Shown one piece after another: positions 62,521 to 64,000 of a DNA stretch of 64,000 nt. The first letter of the stretch is position 1. Each line of letters starts with the position of its first letter. The stretch lies in contig CM082577.2 in assembly GCA_040954595.2 (NCBI GenBank), forward strand, positions 11,813,654-11,877,653, read 5' to 3'. A model generated the notes under the pieces. It made no database searches and was not told where the DNA came from. It saw only the letters and a list, made by a program, of their open reading frames with translations. Both the position numbers and the translations under genes were made by a program. This DNA comes from Balanoglossus misakiensis. Lineage: Eukaryota > Animalia > Hemichordata.

Positions 62521-63254
62521 TGTACAATCAAAACAAAACTTCCGAAGACTCAATGATGAATATTCTGCAGATAATGAATAATTCAGTTAGGTTGCAAGTC
62601 ACTGCGTAAATATTTGAATAAAAAATGCGCTGACTAATTTGCATATTTGCAATCGGAATTTTTTCGGCGCAGCAGAAAACGCATCGAACTGCTTTATAAC
62701 AACTACAAGTTATGGAAAAATATTCTGTATCTTCAATTTGTTTAACAAATTCCACCAATCTCTTAATTCAAACTCCAGGAATTGATGGTATATAGTCACA
62801 CCCTCCTAAAACACTGAATGTAAATAAACTTCAGGAATGACCATTTCTCCATTTCAAAGCACTTCTGAAGTTCACTGGCATCAACCATAAAGTGCTGTTC
62901 CAAACTCGGTATCGGTTTTGGTGAAAACCTGTAATCATATTTGGAAAACAATATAACTCAGAAAATACTACTACATGACATACTTTCTATTGTAAGCAAA
63001 ATCCAAAAATGTTAAGATCGTCATACTTTAACTAGACTAATGACACTTTAATACTCTAGCTGCTCCATAAGCAATGACATCAGAGTCTATTGTGATGATG
63101 CCATAAACTTTGCCACACATCGACAAATAGGCCGTCTGGGCATCTGCCTCATATGGTGCAACTATGTATTCTACGTTATGTTCACGAAGACTCTATAAAA
63201 ACAGGCGTTTTTAATTAATATAGAAAATGTGTATCTGTTTTCTGTTACAGACAG

Positions 63255-63530
63255 CATACTTACTATTTTTTCTCAATGGCAAAGGCGATGTTGGTGGTGT
63301 GGGCGTCAACAGCTCCTCCCCCAAGTACTTCACAAAGTTTGCTGGGAATGACCCAGCAAACTCCCTACCTCTGACTGTACCAATAAGCCATCCTCTTGGC
63401 TGTTGAGGGGTACTATGGAACTTCCATGGTAACCCCCCAACTTCAATGATATCATCCGTTTTCATAGACAGTTCAGTACTGCTCTCTGCAGTAAAAGTAT
63501 GACACACTTTGTACAGGAACATTTTCTTTT
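63255..63530 (-). pseudogene. SH3 domain resembling that of the PI3K regulatory subunit p85
   Basis: YKVCHTFTAESSTELSMKTDDIIEV..GWLIG..GSFPANFVKYLG..PTPP, with a long n-Src-loop insert and a Pro-rich tail. Confidence 0.65.
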
Positions 63531-63774
63531 GGGAGATGAATAAAGACAAAAGACAACTTACAAGTCACAGAAACAGAGGGATTCATTAGTTTCATGACTT
63601 TATTATAATATGCTTGGTGTGAATCCTGCTTGCTGATTGGCAAGAGCCAGGGTTTATATTCTCGCAAAAAAATGGACCAAGAACAGTGAATTGAAGGTTA
63701 CCTAAACCAGACACTTTTTTTCTCAAAATGGACAGTTTACTTACAAATCAGATGTGGTTACTGAACATGTGTTC

Positions 63775-64000
63775 TTAATTAATATAGAAAATGTGTATCT
63801 GTTTCTGTTAAAGACAACATGCTTACTATTTTGTCTAACTGGCAATGGCGGCGTTGGTGGTGTGGGCGTCGACAGCTCCTCCCCCAAGTACTTAACAAAG
63901 TTTGCTGGGAATGACCCAGCAAACTCGTTACTCTCACTTTACCAATAAGCCATCCTCTTGGCTGTTGAGGGGTACCATGGAACTTCCATGGTAATCCATC
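63775..64000 (-). pseudogene. Second, tandem copy of the SH3 fragment, running off the window
   Basis: Near-identical to ~63211-63435, offset ~565 bp. Confidence 0.65.

Overview
AT-rich eukaryotic DNA with GT-AG introns and no operons, probably from a marine invertebrate (inferred from the transposon families present). The window is mostly a patchwork of short, abutting, decayed mobile-element fragments: R2, BEL/Pao, CR1/L2, KolobokP, Kolobok, AcademH, Merlin, Tc1, pogo, piggyBac, hAT, Harbinger-type Myb/SANT and Sola2-like, reshuffled by tandem, segmental and inverted duplications. The strongest signal is orientation: about 20 unrelated coding fragments lie on the minus strand and very few on the plus strand, as expected for a uni-strand (flamenco-like) piRNA cluster or an orientation-biased capture element. 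Other highlights: an R2 5' end outside rDNA that begins at an HDV-like ribozyme fold carrying 9 nt of 28S target sequence; a KolobokP transposase plus His-Me nuclease whose empty TTAA site survives in a paralogous segment; a 108-bp palindromic AcademH-like MITE; five TatD-fold copies with substituted active-site motifs arranged as long inverted repeats; and four divergent NRF1/EWG-like DNA-binding domains. All family calls are by-eye motif recognition with no database search, and many boundaries are approximate.
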